From contig CAWHWX010000016.1 in assembly GCA_963833125.1 (NCBI GenBank), forward strand, positions 288,001 through 352,000: DNA of 64,000 nucleotides, written 5' to 3'. Below the pieces are notes generated by a model. The model had not been told where the DNA came from. It made no database searches and worked only from the letters and a program-made list of their open reading frames with translations. The position numbers and the translations under genes are program-made. Of the stretch, positions 19,661 through 29,567 are shown piece after piece (positions within the stretch are counted from its first letter, which is position 1; every line of letters starts with the position of its first letter). Source of the DNA: Candidatus Bathyarchaeota archaeon. GTDB lineage: Archaea; Thermoproteota; Bathyarchaeia; 40CM-2-53-6.

Positions 19661-21119
19661 ATGAAAACCGATTACGATTTAATCATTGCCGGAGCAGGCA
19701 TAGCCGGAATGGTGACGGCTGCCTCGGCAGCAAAACACTCTAACCAGAATCTCAAAATCTTAGTAATCGACCGAAACTCCAGAGACGAGGCCGGGAAGAA
19801 AACCTCGGCCGGCTGGGTCTGCGGAGACGCAGTCAGCAAAGGAAGCCTAGATTACCTGGAGCGAGAAGTTGGAATAACTTACGGAAGACCAGAGCTTGAG
19901 CATTCAATCCATGGCGTAGTAGCTTATTCTCCAGATCACGAATCCAAAGCGATGTTCGACGGTGAAGGATATGTGCTTAACCGCCGAATCTTCCCCCAAC
20001 GTCAAATGCGTGATGCCGAGAAACTCGGCGTTGAATTTCAGTTTGAAGCATCTGCCGACTCGCTAGTTGTCGAAGACGGCTTCATACGCGGAGTGCATTG
20101 CCGTTCATCGAAAGACAACTCCACATTCAAGAAAACGGCACAGCTCGTAGTTGACGCCACTGGATCAGCCTCACGTCTCAGAACCAGCCTCCCGATCGTG
20201 AGTCACATTGAGAAAGAGATCGATAAAGAGAACGACATGGAATCAACTGGCCGGTACATCCTCAAATTCGAAAAGGGGAAACGAGATAGCACATTCTTCG
20301 ATCCCCACATTTGCATTATCCACCTGGATCAAAACATTGCTCCAGGCGGATATGCCTGGGTGTTCCCTAAGGGTGAAGACAAAATGAACGTGGGTTTGGG
20401 GATTCAGAAGCGGTTGCTGGAGCGGAGGAACAAAGAGTTAGGTAGGAATGACACCCTCCAATCTCTGATAGACGATTACATAAGAACCAACCCTGTAATC
20501 AAGAGTTGGAAGCTGACGGACGAGGTCGACGATAGGGGAAACGAGAGGGGAAACTGGCAGGTCCCAGTTCGGCGGCAGAACGATTGCATGGTCGCCAATG
20601 GTTACATGATTGTCGGCGACGCTGCATGGATGCCTCGCCCAATTGACGCCGGCGGGATTGGCCCCGCACTCTACGCGAGCACGATTGCAGGAAAAGTAGC
20701 GGCGGAATCTCTTGAATCTAAGGACGCTTCCGAGAAGGGACTATGGAAATTCAACACCGAATACGTTAGAACTTATGGTTATCGAATGGCAAGTTCCGAG
20801 ATTCTTCGACGCTTCCTACAGATACTCAGTAACGATGAACTAAACTATGGAATGAAACATTTCCTAGACCAGGATGATGTGGATAGTATTATCAAACGGG
20901 AGCACCCCGACTTCAAGCGCGTAACCTTTGGAAACCCCGCACGAGTACTCTGGGCATTGCCCCGGCTTGCGTTGGCCAGGGGGTTAAGATACACCGCTGA
21001 GAAGAGCAAGAAACTGATTCAACACTACATGAATTACCCCAACGTCACCTGAAGAGTTTGACGGATGGCATACAAAATTCATGGCGGAACTCCAAGAAGC
21101 TTACGCGAGGTTCTCATGA
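19661..21119 (+). CDS. Digeranylgeranylglycerophospholipid reductase (GGR family), apparent frameshift near 21040
   Basis: GAGIAG FAD motif, VCGDAV, VVDATG, PGGYAWVFPKG, VGDAA...PIDAGGI; C-terminus continues SPEEFDGWH...ARFS in another frame. Confidence 0.8.
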
Positions 21120-21230
21120 AGTCATCAACATTCACCGGATTACTCACCCTCTCTCTGCAAACCGGCACGCATCAGATTCAAATAGGCCTGAAGTTGACTT
21201 GAAATCGAAATTACAGAGTGCTGAACACAC

Positions 21231-21617
21231 ATGGAAGAGTTTCTCGAGAAGGTTAACCCAAAACAGAAGAAATACTTCATGCAACTCCGAACAAAACTAC
21301 GCACACTTCCAGATATCGAAGAAACGATAGAGATCGACGAAGTCTCAGGGGAATGGTGCCCGGCCTATAGGGTGAAAGGCTCGGATCTGGTTTGGGTTCA
21401 CTTTGACGAGCATCTATGGGTCAACTTCCCCGTAGAACCAAAATTCGAGAAGAAAGTCCTACAAGACGAGAACCTTGACAACTATGTGATCGAGTGTGTG
21501 AAAGAAGCCGAACAGAACGGGAGCGAGAAATGGGCGACCGTCGCGATCAAATCTGGCGAAACCGTAGACCAAGTTGTTCCACTTCTAGAACTCCGGCATT
21601 CGGTTCTCGCTTCGTAA
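21231..21617 (+). CDS. Hypothetical protein (DUF3788/DUF1801-like fold possible)
   Basis: 128-aa ORF, WCPAYRVKG.DL.WVHF; no firm family match. Confidence 0.55.
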   Translation: MEEFLEKVNPKQKKYFMQLRTKLRTLPDIEETIEIDEVSGEWCPAYRVKGSDLVWVHFDEHLWVNFPVEPKFEKKVLQDENLDNYVIECVKEAEQNGSEKWATVAIKSGETVDQVVPLLELRHSVLAS

Positions 21618-21623
21618 CACATT

Positions 21624-22421
21624 TCAGTTCGTGCGACTCTTGGGCTTAGCCGCGTCCTTAATCGCGGACGTGCTCTCATCTGACCAGAGATACTCGAAAT
21701 AATTCTTGGCGAACTTCGAGAGCCCTATGTGATCAGACCATATTGCAAGGCTGATGGCTTCATCACCCTCTTGACCCAATAGGAGAATTACCTCGCGGCC
21801 GTCCGCGATTATTCCGCCACCAAACATTTGCTCACGCACGCGAACTTCGCAAAATTTCGATAATTTAGCCATCGTTTCACTCATCGGGCTCTTCATAGTC
21901 ATGATCTGCACTTTGACCCCTCGTTCCGCGATCGACTTCACCGGAGGAATCAACAATTCCACGACGTCGTCCGGAATAGCGGGCACTGCCGCTAGGACTT
22001 CCTTTTGCACATGTTCGATTGTTTCCCTGATCTTTGAGAGAACGTTGAAATTTCCGCGAACGATCCAAATGTCAGGATGTTCCCTCACACCCTTCTTCTC
22101 ATACAGCGGCTGTAGCTCATCATGAATGAGCGCTTCGTTCGTTTTCAAGGAGTTCTCAAGCTGTGATCTCGTGATCTCCATCGCCACTGAGGGCGGCTTT
22201 GGATAGTACCTGCTCGGGCGGCCGTGCTCACTCTCTATCCATCCCTTCTTCTCGAGCGAGCCGAGCACTTCGTAAATCTTTGAGTATGGAACATCGGATG
22301 CTTCGCTAAGCTCACTCGCCGTGGCAGGCCCTATCTCAAGCAGAGAGGTATAGGATCGGATTTCGTAATCCGTGAGCCCGAACTCCTGAAGCGAACGCCG
22401 AACCCTATCTGTTACCGGCAG
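21624..22421 (-). CDS. TrmB-family transcriptional regulator
   Basis: Frame extends upstream of the listed ORF: PVTDRVRRSLQEFGLTDYEIRSY..LL..GPATASELSEASDVPYSKIYEVLGSLEKKGWI...GRP..Y. Apparent CTG start at 22421. Confidence 0.9.
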   Translation of the reverse strand: MPVTDRVRRSLQEFGLTDYEIRSYTSLLEIGPATASELSEASDVPYSKIYEVLGSLEKKGWIESEHGRPSRYYPKPPSVAMEITRSQLENSLKTNEALIHDELQPLYEKKGVREHPDIWIVRGNFNVLSKIRETIEHVQKEVLAAVPAIPDDVVELLIPPVKSIAERGVKVQIMTMKSPMSETMAKLSKFCEVRVREQMFGGGIIADGREVILLLGQEGDEAISLAIWSDHIGLSKFAKNYFEYLWSDESTSAIKDAAKPKSRTN

Positions 22422-22596
22422 GCTAGTACACTCCTAGATGCGAATGCCAGTTAGTTTCCAGGCCAACCCAATATAAGATTTAACAACTAAAGGTGGTTAA
22501 CTCCCCGCCAACGCTGCGCCTAACCCGGTTCGCTAAGCAGACTTGGGTGGACTACCCCCTAAACTGAATGAGCTGGGACAGACGACCTTGGTTTCT

Positions 22597-23046
22597 TCAA
22601 CTGTGGGCCGTTTCGGTTGAGACCCAATGCGATTCCTTCGAGGTGAACTCCTTCTTCCAGATTGGGACTTCCGTCTTCACGCGTTCAACCGTTTCAGCTA
22701 GTGCCGGGAATACATCTTGCCGGTGTTTGCCGAGAACTACGACGAAGATGCTGGGCTCACCGACCGATAAGGAGTCGATGACGTGGTGAATTGCAACCTC
22801 AACAACACCGGGGTGTTTCTTGGTTTCCGCCCTGATTTCCTCCATACGTTTCAAGGCTACATCGGCATACGCTTCATACTCTAGGTACGTGACTTTGGAA
22901 TCTGAATCGTGGACAGTGTCCCCGCGAACTACTCCGATGAAGGAGGCTATTGCGCCGGAGTCGTGGTATGCTGGGTGTGTCTTGAGGTGGTCGATTATTT
23001 GTTGGAGGTCAATCTCGCCTTTGCGATGAAGCCCCACTGATTCCAT
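22597..23046 (-). CDS. moaE: Molybdopterin synthase catalytic subunit MoaE
   Basis: GAIASFIGVVR, LEYEAY, V.GKHR...F, VKTEVPIWKKE. Confidence 0.92.
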   Translation of the reverse strand: MESVGLHRKGEIDLQQIIDHLKTHPAYHDSGAIASFIGVVRGDTVHDSDSKVTYLEYEAYADVALKRMEEIRAETKKHPGVVEVAIHHVIDSLSVGEPSIFVVVLGKHRQDVFPALAETVERVKTEVPIWKKEFTSKESHWVSTETAHS

Positions 23047-23107
23047 AGCTGGATTCCGAAGTACCTGTATGGGTTCCTGAATGAAAACTGAGCGTTCGGC
23101 TCAACGT

Positions 23108-23353
23108 CTAACTTTGGGCAGGTGCCGGATTGAGTCCGGCTTTCATCTTCTCTAAGTGTTGACCCTCCGTGTCGAACATAGTTCCCACGATCTGGACTTG
23201 GTAGATTGTCCTTGCTGTGTTGCAAAAGTCGCATGGAGGACCGAACCCGTCCGGGTTGGGGGATGTTCTTAGCCACATTTGGTTTATTCCCGCGAAAGTT
23301 AGGTCAAGTCTGACTTTATCCTTGGCGCAGTTCTCGCAAAGATAGAAAGGCAT
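23108..23353 (-). CDS. Small protein with two CxxC motifs
   Basis: YLCENC...PCDFC; 81 aa. Confidence 0.55.
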   Translation of the reverse strand: MPFYLCENCAKDKVRLDLTFAGINQMWLRTSPNPDGFGPPCDFCNTARTIYQVQIVGTMFDTEGQHLEKMKAGLNPAPAQS

Positions 23354-23416
23354 GTCGAATACCGACTGCGATAGGGTCCGACTGAATATTAATACTTTGA
23401 AGAGTTTCAGCTAGGA

Positions 23417-24448
23417 TTAGGCCTGATCCATCATACTACTTACCTTGCTCTCATTGAACTGCTCCGAATCCCTATTCACCATCGTCATCGTGAGCCTTGC
23501 GCCGTCAGTCAAAACCTGCCACTGCATCCCTCCGATCGCAAACCCCTCATTGCGGATTACTGCACGAGCTGCGAGAGTAAACGGGCAGGAGGATAAGCTC
23601 CTTCCATTATCCAGTAATCTCTTGAGGACTGGGAGATAACAGTAATTCTTGAAATCCACAATTACCTTTTGTCGAGAGAGCTGAATCTCGATCGCGTGCG
23701 CTAAACCTCCATTAACCATGAATGTAGATAATGTACGCAAGGATCCTTCGAGGTCATCTCGTAGTTGCATTCTTGATTCGTCGCGCATGAACTCCAGCAT
23801 CCCCTGTCCCACGTTGTCGAGAATGAGTTGCGCCTGTGCTCCAAGATATTCGAATCCGCACGCCAACCCGTATGCAATCGCCTCGAACGCAGGTAGTCCT
23901 AGACCCTCGTCGAGCTGACTTTCCAGCTTGGTATCTGTGAAGTCGGCTGGACTGTGGGGAATCACGGTACTCTCAGTATGCGTGATCCCGGGAGCAATCT
24001 TCAATTTCATTGAGAAGATTCCGTCTCGCGTCACGCTGTCCGAGATTCTCTCGTTGACAACTCCTACAGATTTCGTGATCGCATTATTGGCCATGCAGAC
24101 TGGGCAAGTGAGGAGGAATGAGTTACGGTTGCGTAGCTTCTGCATGAGTGGCAAGAACCTATAATTCTGCATAACGATGTCTAGGGTGTCGCCGTTCTGA
24201 TCGATGGTTATGTTGCTCATGTAGCCGCTCTTGACAAAGAATTTCACTATGTTGCCTACAAATTGATGTGGATCGTTTGACTTTTCGAAGTAGCCTTCGC
24301 TGAGTCCATATTCTATTATTCCATCCCCTATTCTGTCAAGCATATCCTGCCCCCTGAACCCCAAGTACTCAAAGGCCCTCGCGGTTCCGTAAAGCATAGG
24401 GTCAACTACCGAAAGCTGGATCATACCGTGCTCGGACGGAGTAGTCAA
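23417..24448 (-). CDS. Internally duplicated V4R/MetOD1-like domain protein
   Basis: Two halves share YG.A..FEYLG...Q..LD..G.G..E and NY..LP....L......L..CP. Confidence 0.55.
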   Translation of the reverse strand: MTTPSEHGMIQLSVVDPMLYGTARAFEYLGFRGQDMLDRIGDGIIEYGLSEGYFEKSNDPHQFVGNIVKFFVKSGYMSNITIDQNGDTLDIVMQNYRFLPLMQKLRNRNSFLLTCPVCMANNAITKSVGVVNERISDSVTRDGIFSMKLKIAPGITHTESTVIPHSPADFTDTKLESQLDEGLGLPAFEAIAYGLACGFEYLGAQAQLILDNVGQGMLEFMRDESRMQLRDDLEGSLRTLSTFMVNGGLAHAIEIQLSRQKVIVDFKNYCYLPVLKRLLDNGRSLSSCPFTLAARAVIRNEGFAIGGMQWQVLTDGARLTMTMVNRDSEQFNESKVSSMMDQA

Positions 24449-24996
24449 AGTTTCACAACCTTATCGCAGAACGGTGCGAGTTGCGAAACAACATCTTTCT
24501 CTGCATTCATTTCTACGGTGAGCAGTGAACCGGATGTGTTCCATCGCCTCATTTTCTCGGTTAGTAGGTGTGCGAATTTCGAGACCGACTTGGGGTCATT
24601 GTAAATCAGAAGAGTTGAGAGGCTGTCGAGGAGTAGGAACTTTTCACCTTCGAACAAGTTTACAGCTCTGGATATGCCGATGCACAGGTTGCTCAGGCCG
24701 ACACCTGACCCTAAACAGGCATGGTCCTTTCCTTCCTCTGGGGACGGGACGTTGGTGATTCCATCCACAAAGTAGAGGGATTCGGCTGGGACTCCGGCGT
24801 TTCCGAAGGTCTTCATGAGAACACTAAACGGTTTGTTAAGGGTAACATAGATTCCACGTGATGACTTCTTTGAAAAATAGTTGAGAATGTCAACGGTCGC
24901 TTCCTGGTATCGCATAGGGTCGATCAGGGTTAAGACGATGGGATTGTCGAAATCCCGTAAGGTCTCAGAAATGCGTTCGTATGTTTCAGCACACAT
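24445..24996 (-). CDS. Degenerate KaiC/RecA-superfamily ATPase-like domain protein
   Basis: GIYVTLNKP, YFVDGIT and FLLLDSLSTLLIYN (Walker B-like); no Walker A; start overlaps the downstream gene. Confidence 0.65.
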   Translation of the reverse strand: MCAETYERISETLRDFDNPIVLTLIDPMRYQEATVDILNYFSKKSSRGIYVTLNKPFSVLMKTFGNAGVPAESLYFVDGITNVPSPEEGKDHACLGSGVGLSNLCIGISRAVNLFEGEKFLLLDSLSTLLIYNDPKSVSKFAHLLTEKMRRWNTSGSLLTVEMNAEKDVVSQLAPFCDKVVKL

Positions 24997-25128
24997 GATT
25001 GACGTCGCTGCTTGGTAGAATGAGCAGCGAAAAACCTTTCGAAACGTGATTTTCGAACGGTTTTTGATGTCTCTTTGAGACGCTTTACTTTAATCCCTAT
25101 GCCGTAAGGGAATGTATCTGAGCGCGTT

Positions 25129-26004
25129 ATGGCCCGAAGAGAACTGATAGTGCCCGCAGTTTTGCTCTTTGTAATTGCTTTGATCACCACGCTTGCGACC
25201 GGCGCTGGATCACGCCCTCCATGGATTGGGACGTTCGCTGAGTACTTGTTGCCTGCAATCTTGACGATCTACCTTCTAGCAGTACTCGCATATGCCAAGG
25301 TAATTGTTGAGCTCCTTGCGGCATTCTTCCTAGGTAACCGTAAACAGAATGGATCGGGTGGAAGATCTTTTGCTGTGATCCTAGGATACGTCATAGGATT
25401 CGTTCTGTTCTTTGTGTTCCTCCGAACCGTAATGCTTCAATCGGTCGCTGGATTCTTTCAAACCGCCGCAAACCTCGTAGGGACGTGGTTCCACGCCACC
25501 CAGGCTCAAACCACTGCACAACCCAATAGCCCGGCCGCCAACCCGTTTCTTTTCTACTACACTCTCATAATCTTCGGATTGATAGTAGTGGTGGCAACGG
25601 CCTTGTTTTTCGGTGGGATTCGCAAGGCTTACGAATGGGCGCGGGACGAGTACACCCCATACAATGCAGAGGTGGCGAAACGCGAAGCCTTGAGAGTGGT
25701 ACAGAAGACCGTTGCCACGCTCAAACTAAGTGGAGACTACCGTGAGGCGATATTGAGATGTTACAGGCAAATGTGCCAAGTACTGTCTAACCATGGATTC
25801 AATATTAGCCTCCAAGAAACTGCACGAGAGTTTTCGGAAAACATCTCGCACAAACTGGAACTTGGGGGCGATGCCATCACAAGCCTTACTTTCCTATTTG
25901 AAGAAGCAAGGTACAGTGATCATCAAATCGACGATAGCAAGCGCACGGTCGCGGTAAATCAACTTGAGAGCTTGGAACGCTCTCTGGCCACTTCAAACAG
26001 CTGA
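25129..26004 (+). CDS. Membrane protein with C-terminal DUF4129 domain
   Basis: Several TM helices; REAILRCY..M...L.......ETAREF...LT.LFEEARYS.H. Confidence 0.8.
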   Translation: MARRELIVPAVLLFVIALITTLATGAGSRPPWIGTFAEYLLPAILTIYLLAVLAYAKVIVELLAAFFLGNRKQNGSGGRSFAVILGYVIGFVLFFVFLRTVMLQSVAGFFQTAANLVGTWFHATQAQTTAQPNSPAANPFLFYYTLIIFGLIVVVATALFFGGIRKAYEWARDEYTPYNAEVAKREALRVVQKTVATLKLSGDYREAILRCYRQMCQVLSNHGFNISLQETAREFSENISHKLELGGDAITSLTFLFEEARYSDHQIDDSKRTVAVNQLESLERSLATSNS

Positions 26005-26009
26005 AAATT

Positions 26010-26522
26010 ATGAAGAAGCAAATCAAAACTCTGATGCAGATTGGAGTCGTCTATCTGGCCGTTTCAATCGTCCTGGATTTCTTTCTCGCTGGCTACCCAA
26101 TCCTGACATGGGCCGGCCTCGGCTTCGCCTTCATCCTCTTCGGAGCCGTCATCTTCAACGTAATCCTAGAACTAACTACTCGCCCCGCGGTAAACAAGAG
26201 AGTACGTCAATTCACGAAAAGTGAGGACGACCTCATGCGACTGGACAAGCTATGCCAGCAATCCCTCGAACATGGTGACGCAGCCGCAATCCAGCTTCTC
26301 TTCGAGAGAGTTAGATCGCTCGCGTTCGCAGCGGCAGCGTACCACTTCGGCATTACTGAATCCATGCTAAGAAACTTGGTTCAGCATGATCCATCTTCAC
26401 TCGAGCAGCAGATACAAGATCGACGTATGTTCGAAGTGTTGACTCAGACTGGTTCTGCAGACAACCTGCGGAAGGGCGACTTTGAAAGTTGTCTGGCGAA
26501 GATTGAGGATTGGTCACGCTGA
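26010..26522 (+). CDS. Two-TM hypothetical protein of the MoxR operon
   Basis: Two N-terminal TM helices; overlaps the moxR start. Confidence 0.65.
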   Translation: MKKQIKTLMQIGVVYLAVSIVLDFFLAGYPILTWAGLGFAFILFGAVIFNVILELTTRPAVNKRVRQFTKSEDDLMRLDKLCQQSLEHGDAAAIQLLFERVRSLAFAAAAYHFGITESMLRNLVQHDPSSLEQQIQDRRMFEVLTQTGSADNLRKGDFESCLAKIEDWSR

Positions 26523-27469
26523 AGATTGAGAACGTCGCCGAGAGTTGCAATGCGATACTCGCGGAGTTGAACACTGCAATTGTCGGCAAGGAGGCTGTGC
26601 TTCGTAAGATACTTGTCGGAGTACTCGCTAACTCTCATATTCTTCTTGAGGACTTCCCTGGCCTCGCGAAGACGGTTATCGCGAAGTCTCTGGCCGTTGC
26701 GGTTGGGTGTAAATTTGCGAGAGTTCAGTTCACCCCCGATCTTCTTCCAGCTGACATTACCGGGACATACATCTACAATCAGAAGCTGAGCGATTTCGAG
26801 CTCAGAAGGGGTCCGATTTTCACTAACATTCTTCTCGCAGACGAGATAAACCGAAGCCCTCCTAAAACTCAATCAGCATTATTGGAGGCTATGCAGGAAC
26901 GTCAAACTACATTGGACGGAAGAACGCATCCGCTTGACAACCCGTTCATAGTAATCGCGACTCAAAACCCGATCGAGTTCGAGGGCGTATACCAGCTCCC
27001 TGAAGCTCAACTTGACAGGTTCATCATGAGGCTTCGAATCGGGTATCCCGATAAGAACTCGGAGATTGAGATTCTCAAGAGACGTGTCATGCGGAGAAGC
27101 GATGACTTCTCGATCAAAACGATCATCAACTCAACAACCCTATTGGAAATGCAGGATGCTGTGGAGGGGGTGCACGCCGACGACGGAGTGCTTTCGTACA
27201 TTACCGATATTGTCCGTGAAACGCGGACACATGGTCAGGTCGAGATAGGTGCTAGTCCTCGCGGGTCTCTATCACTTCTAAAGTTGGCGAGAGCGAATGC
27301 GGCGTTCTCCGGCCGAGACTACATCATCCCAGATGACGTCAAGGCAATTTGCATTGAGGCCCTTTCACACAGAATAATTCCCAAGGCCGCGTCTTGGGTT
27401 CGCGGTTTCGATGCAGGCTCGATCATTGAAGAGATTGTTAGACGAGTTCCGGTCCCCAGGGTAGATTAA
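26510..27469 (+). CDS. MoxR-family AAA+ ATPase
   Basis: HILLEDFPGLAKT, RVQFTPDLLPADITG, LADEINRSPPKTQSALLEAM.E, ATQNPIE.EG.Y.LPEAQLDRF. Confidence 0.95.
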   Translation: MVTLKIENVAESCNAILAELNTAIVGKEAVLRKILVGVLANSHILLEDFPGLAKTVIAKSLAVAVGCKFARVQFTPDLLPADITGTYIYNQKLSDFELRRGPIFTNILLADEINRSPPKTQSALLEAMQERQTTLDGRTHPLDNPFIVIATQNPIEFEGVYQLPEAQLDRFIMRLRIGYPDKNSEIEILKRRVMRRSDDFSIKTIINSTTLLEMQDAVEGVHADDGVLSYITDIVRETRTHGQVEIGASPRGSLSLLKLARANAAFSGRDYIIPDDVKAICIEALSHRIIPKAASWVRGFDAGSIIEEIVRRVPVPRVD

Positions 27470-28742
27470 TGGCGTTAACTCGAAAAACTCTCGCATACTT
27501 AGCTGCCGCATATGGAATCATTTTCTTAGCCCTGCTTTTCCGAGCTCCATGGCTGACTGTATTTGTCCTCCCAATCGCTTTCCTGATATTCACCTCCTCC
27601 AAGCTGCCAAAATTGGACCCCTTTCCCCTTACGGTAACGAGAAGGATTCAACCCTCGCGATCGTTTGGCGACGAGGATGTAGATGTGACTCTAAGTGTCA
27701 CAAACAAATCATTTCGACCAATTGAGGCTCTTCAACTCGAAGACAATCTACCCGATGGACTGAAACTGAAGTCGGGAACCAGCCGACTGATACTCTCACT
27801 CCGTCCTGGTGAGTGTGCGGAATTCAAGTATAGACTTTCAAACCCGAAGCGTGGCACCTACGTGATTGGACCCAGTACCGTTAGTTTCGCCGATACGCTA
27901 CGACTAAGGAGTATGACCAAGAGACTCTCGAATCTTGACGAGTTGGTCGTACTTCCGAAGATAGAAGATCTCGGAACTATTGATTTGCATGGTCGTCGGG
28001 TGGGTCCATGGCCCGGTCTAGTTCCTTCGAGACGAATCGGAATCGGAACTGAGTTCTTCGAAACAGCACCCTACAATCCCGGCGACGATCTTCGCCGTGC
28101 GTCAACTGGAAAGCATCAGCCAGATCAAGGCAACTTATCACCAACGAATTCGAAGGCGAACAAGTAGTCGATGTCTTTGTTGTGCTTGACTGTTCGGAGG
28201 ATGTATTTTCTGACATCTTTGATTTTGATGTACTGGAGTTTCAGGTCGGCTTTGCAGCTTCACTCTGCTCTCAGCTGATCAAGCAAGGTAATCGTGTAGG
28301 TCTTTCCGTTTATGGAGCCGTCAGAACTTGGGTTGACCTAGATTTTGGCAAAAGGCAACTGTTGAGGTTACTCGATAGTTTGGCTATCGTGAGACCTGGA
28401 CCGACGACTCTACCGATCGAATACGTAGTCGAATCCGTCATTGCTGCCATTCTTCCCGCGAGATCAGTCGTCTTGCTGATCACGCCAATGGTCAGTGATA
28501 AGGTTCTAACATTGATTGAGAACATCACAATGAAAGGATACACTGCGATATCTTTCGTACCCTCACCTAGAACCACTCCTGGAAATGTCAATGAATCATC
28601 AAGGATTGCTCGACGAATCTTTGCTGCCGAGAGGAAATTGAAGATAAACAGGGCGAAGCAGCTAACACAGGTGATCGAACTCTCGCCGACGACCGCCATT
28701 AAGCCACTCCTTAGGATGAGAAGCCGATGGAAAACAGCTTAA
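27469..28742 (+). CDS. DUF58 domain protein, apparent frameshift near 28100
   Basis: GTEFFE...Y.PGDDLRR continues as VNWKASAR in the next frame; later LDCS...G.RVGL. Confidence 0.8.
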
Positions 28743-29332
28743 CAGCGCTACGCTTACGCTGGAAACTTCTTAGAGGCGTTGCAAGTGCAATCGTGATAGC
28801 CACGTTCACTCTTATTCTCTCAACAATCCCAGCAACATTCTGGATCCTTTGGCTTCTGGCACTTTTGATCGGAGTTTTCACCAGTGTAGTTGCGCTCGTT
28901 AAATGTGATTTAATTTGGAATAGGTTAACCCTACTTGGACAGGGGATCCTTCTAACGATCGCACTCTTATCCGCCTTTTCTGCACGTGTACCAGGAGAGA
29001 ACGTTCCAATTCTTCTTCTAGCGTTTGTCATGGTGTTGGCAACTGAGCATCTTCTTAGTTTGATATCTCAATACAGCGCTCAATTCTCATCCAGCAATTC
29101 TGCGACGGGAATGGATTTCAATGTGACAGTTCTGCAACAGTCCCTTGATCGTCTTTACCGAAGACTAGCTTGGGATGGAGCAATTTTCGGCGCGGGCTAC
29201 ATGCTCGCGCTTGCCGTTGCCACTGTAGGGAACATACTGGGTTCAATTGCACCGGTTCTATCCGACGTATCAGTCTACGTGCTAGTAACCTCTATCGCCC
29301 TTGCTATTCTGATTGTGTCAAAAGACGAATGA
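28727..29332 (+). CDS. Multi-pass membrane protein, last gene of the MoxR operon
   Basis: About 6 hydrophobic segments; overlaps the DUF58 gene. Confidence 0.65.
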   Translation: MENSLTALRLRWKLLRGVASAIVIATFTLILSTIPATFWILWLLALLIGVFTSVVALVKCDLIWNRLTLLGQGILLTIALLSAFSARVPGENVPILLLAFVMVLATEHLLSLISQYSAQFSSSNSATGMDFNVTVLQQSLDRLYRRLAWDGAIFGAGYMLALAVATVGNILGSIAPVLSDVSVYVLVTSIALAILIVSKDE

Positions 29333-29567
29333 TAGCAGTTTACGCGACTCGGGGTAAATGCCTTCTCAACACAACTTGTTCAGGTTAACTCTGATTCCCT
29401 CATCGCCGCAGCAAAATGCTCCGCCATCATGTTGCTAAGTATTTTGGTCAAGCATCAGTGCGTTGCCTCAGCAGTTGAGCCTCGTTTCTGGATGTTCTGG
29501 TTTTTGCCTTGTCTTTAACTTAAAATACCAAACTCGGTATATCTGTACTCTAATCTGAGTTGAAACT

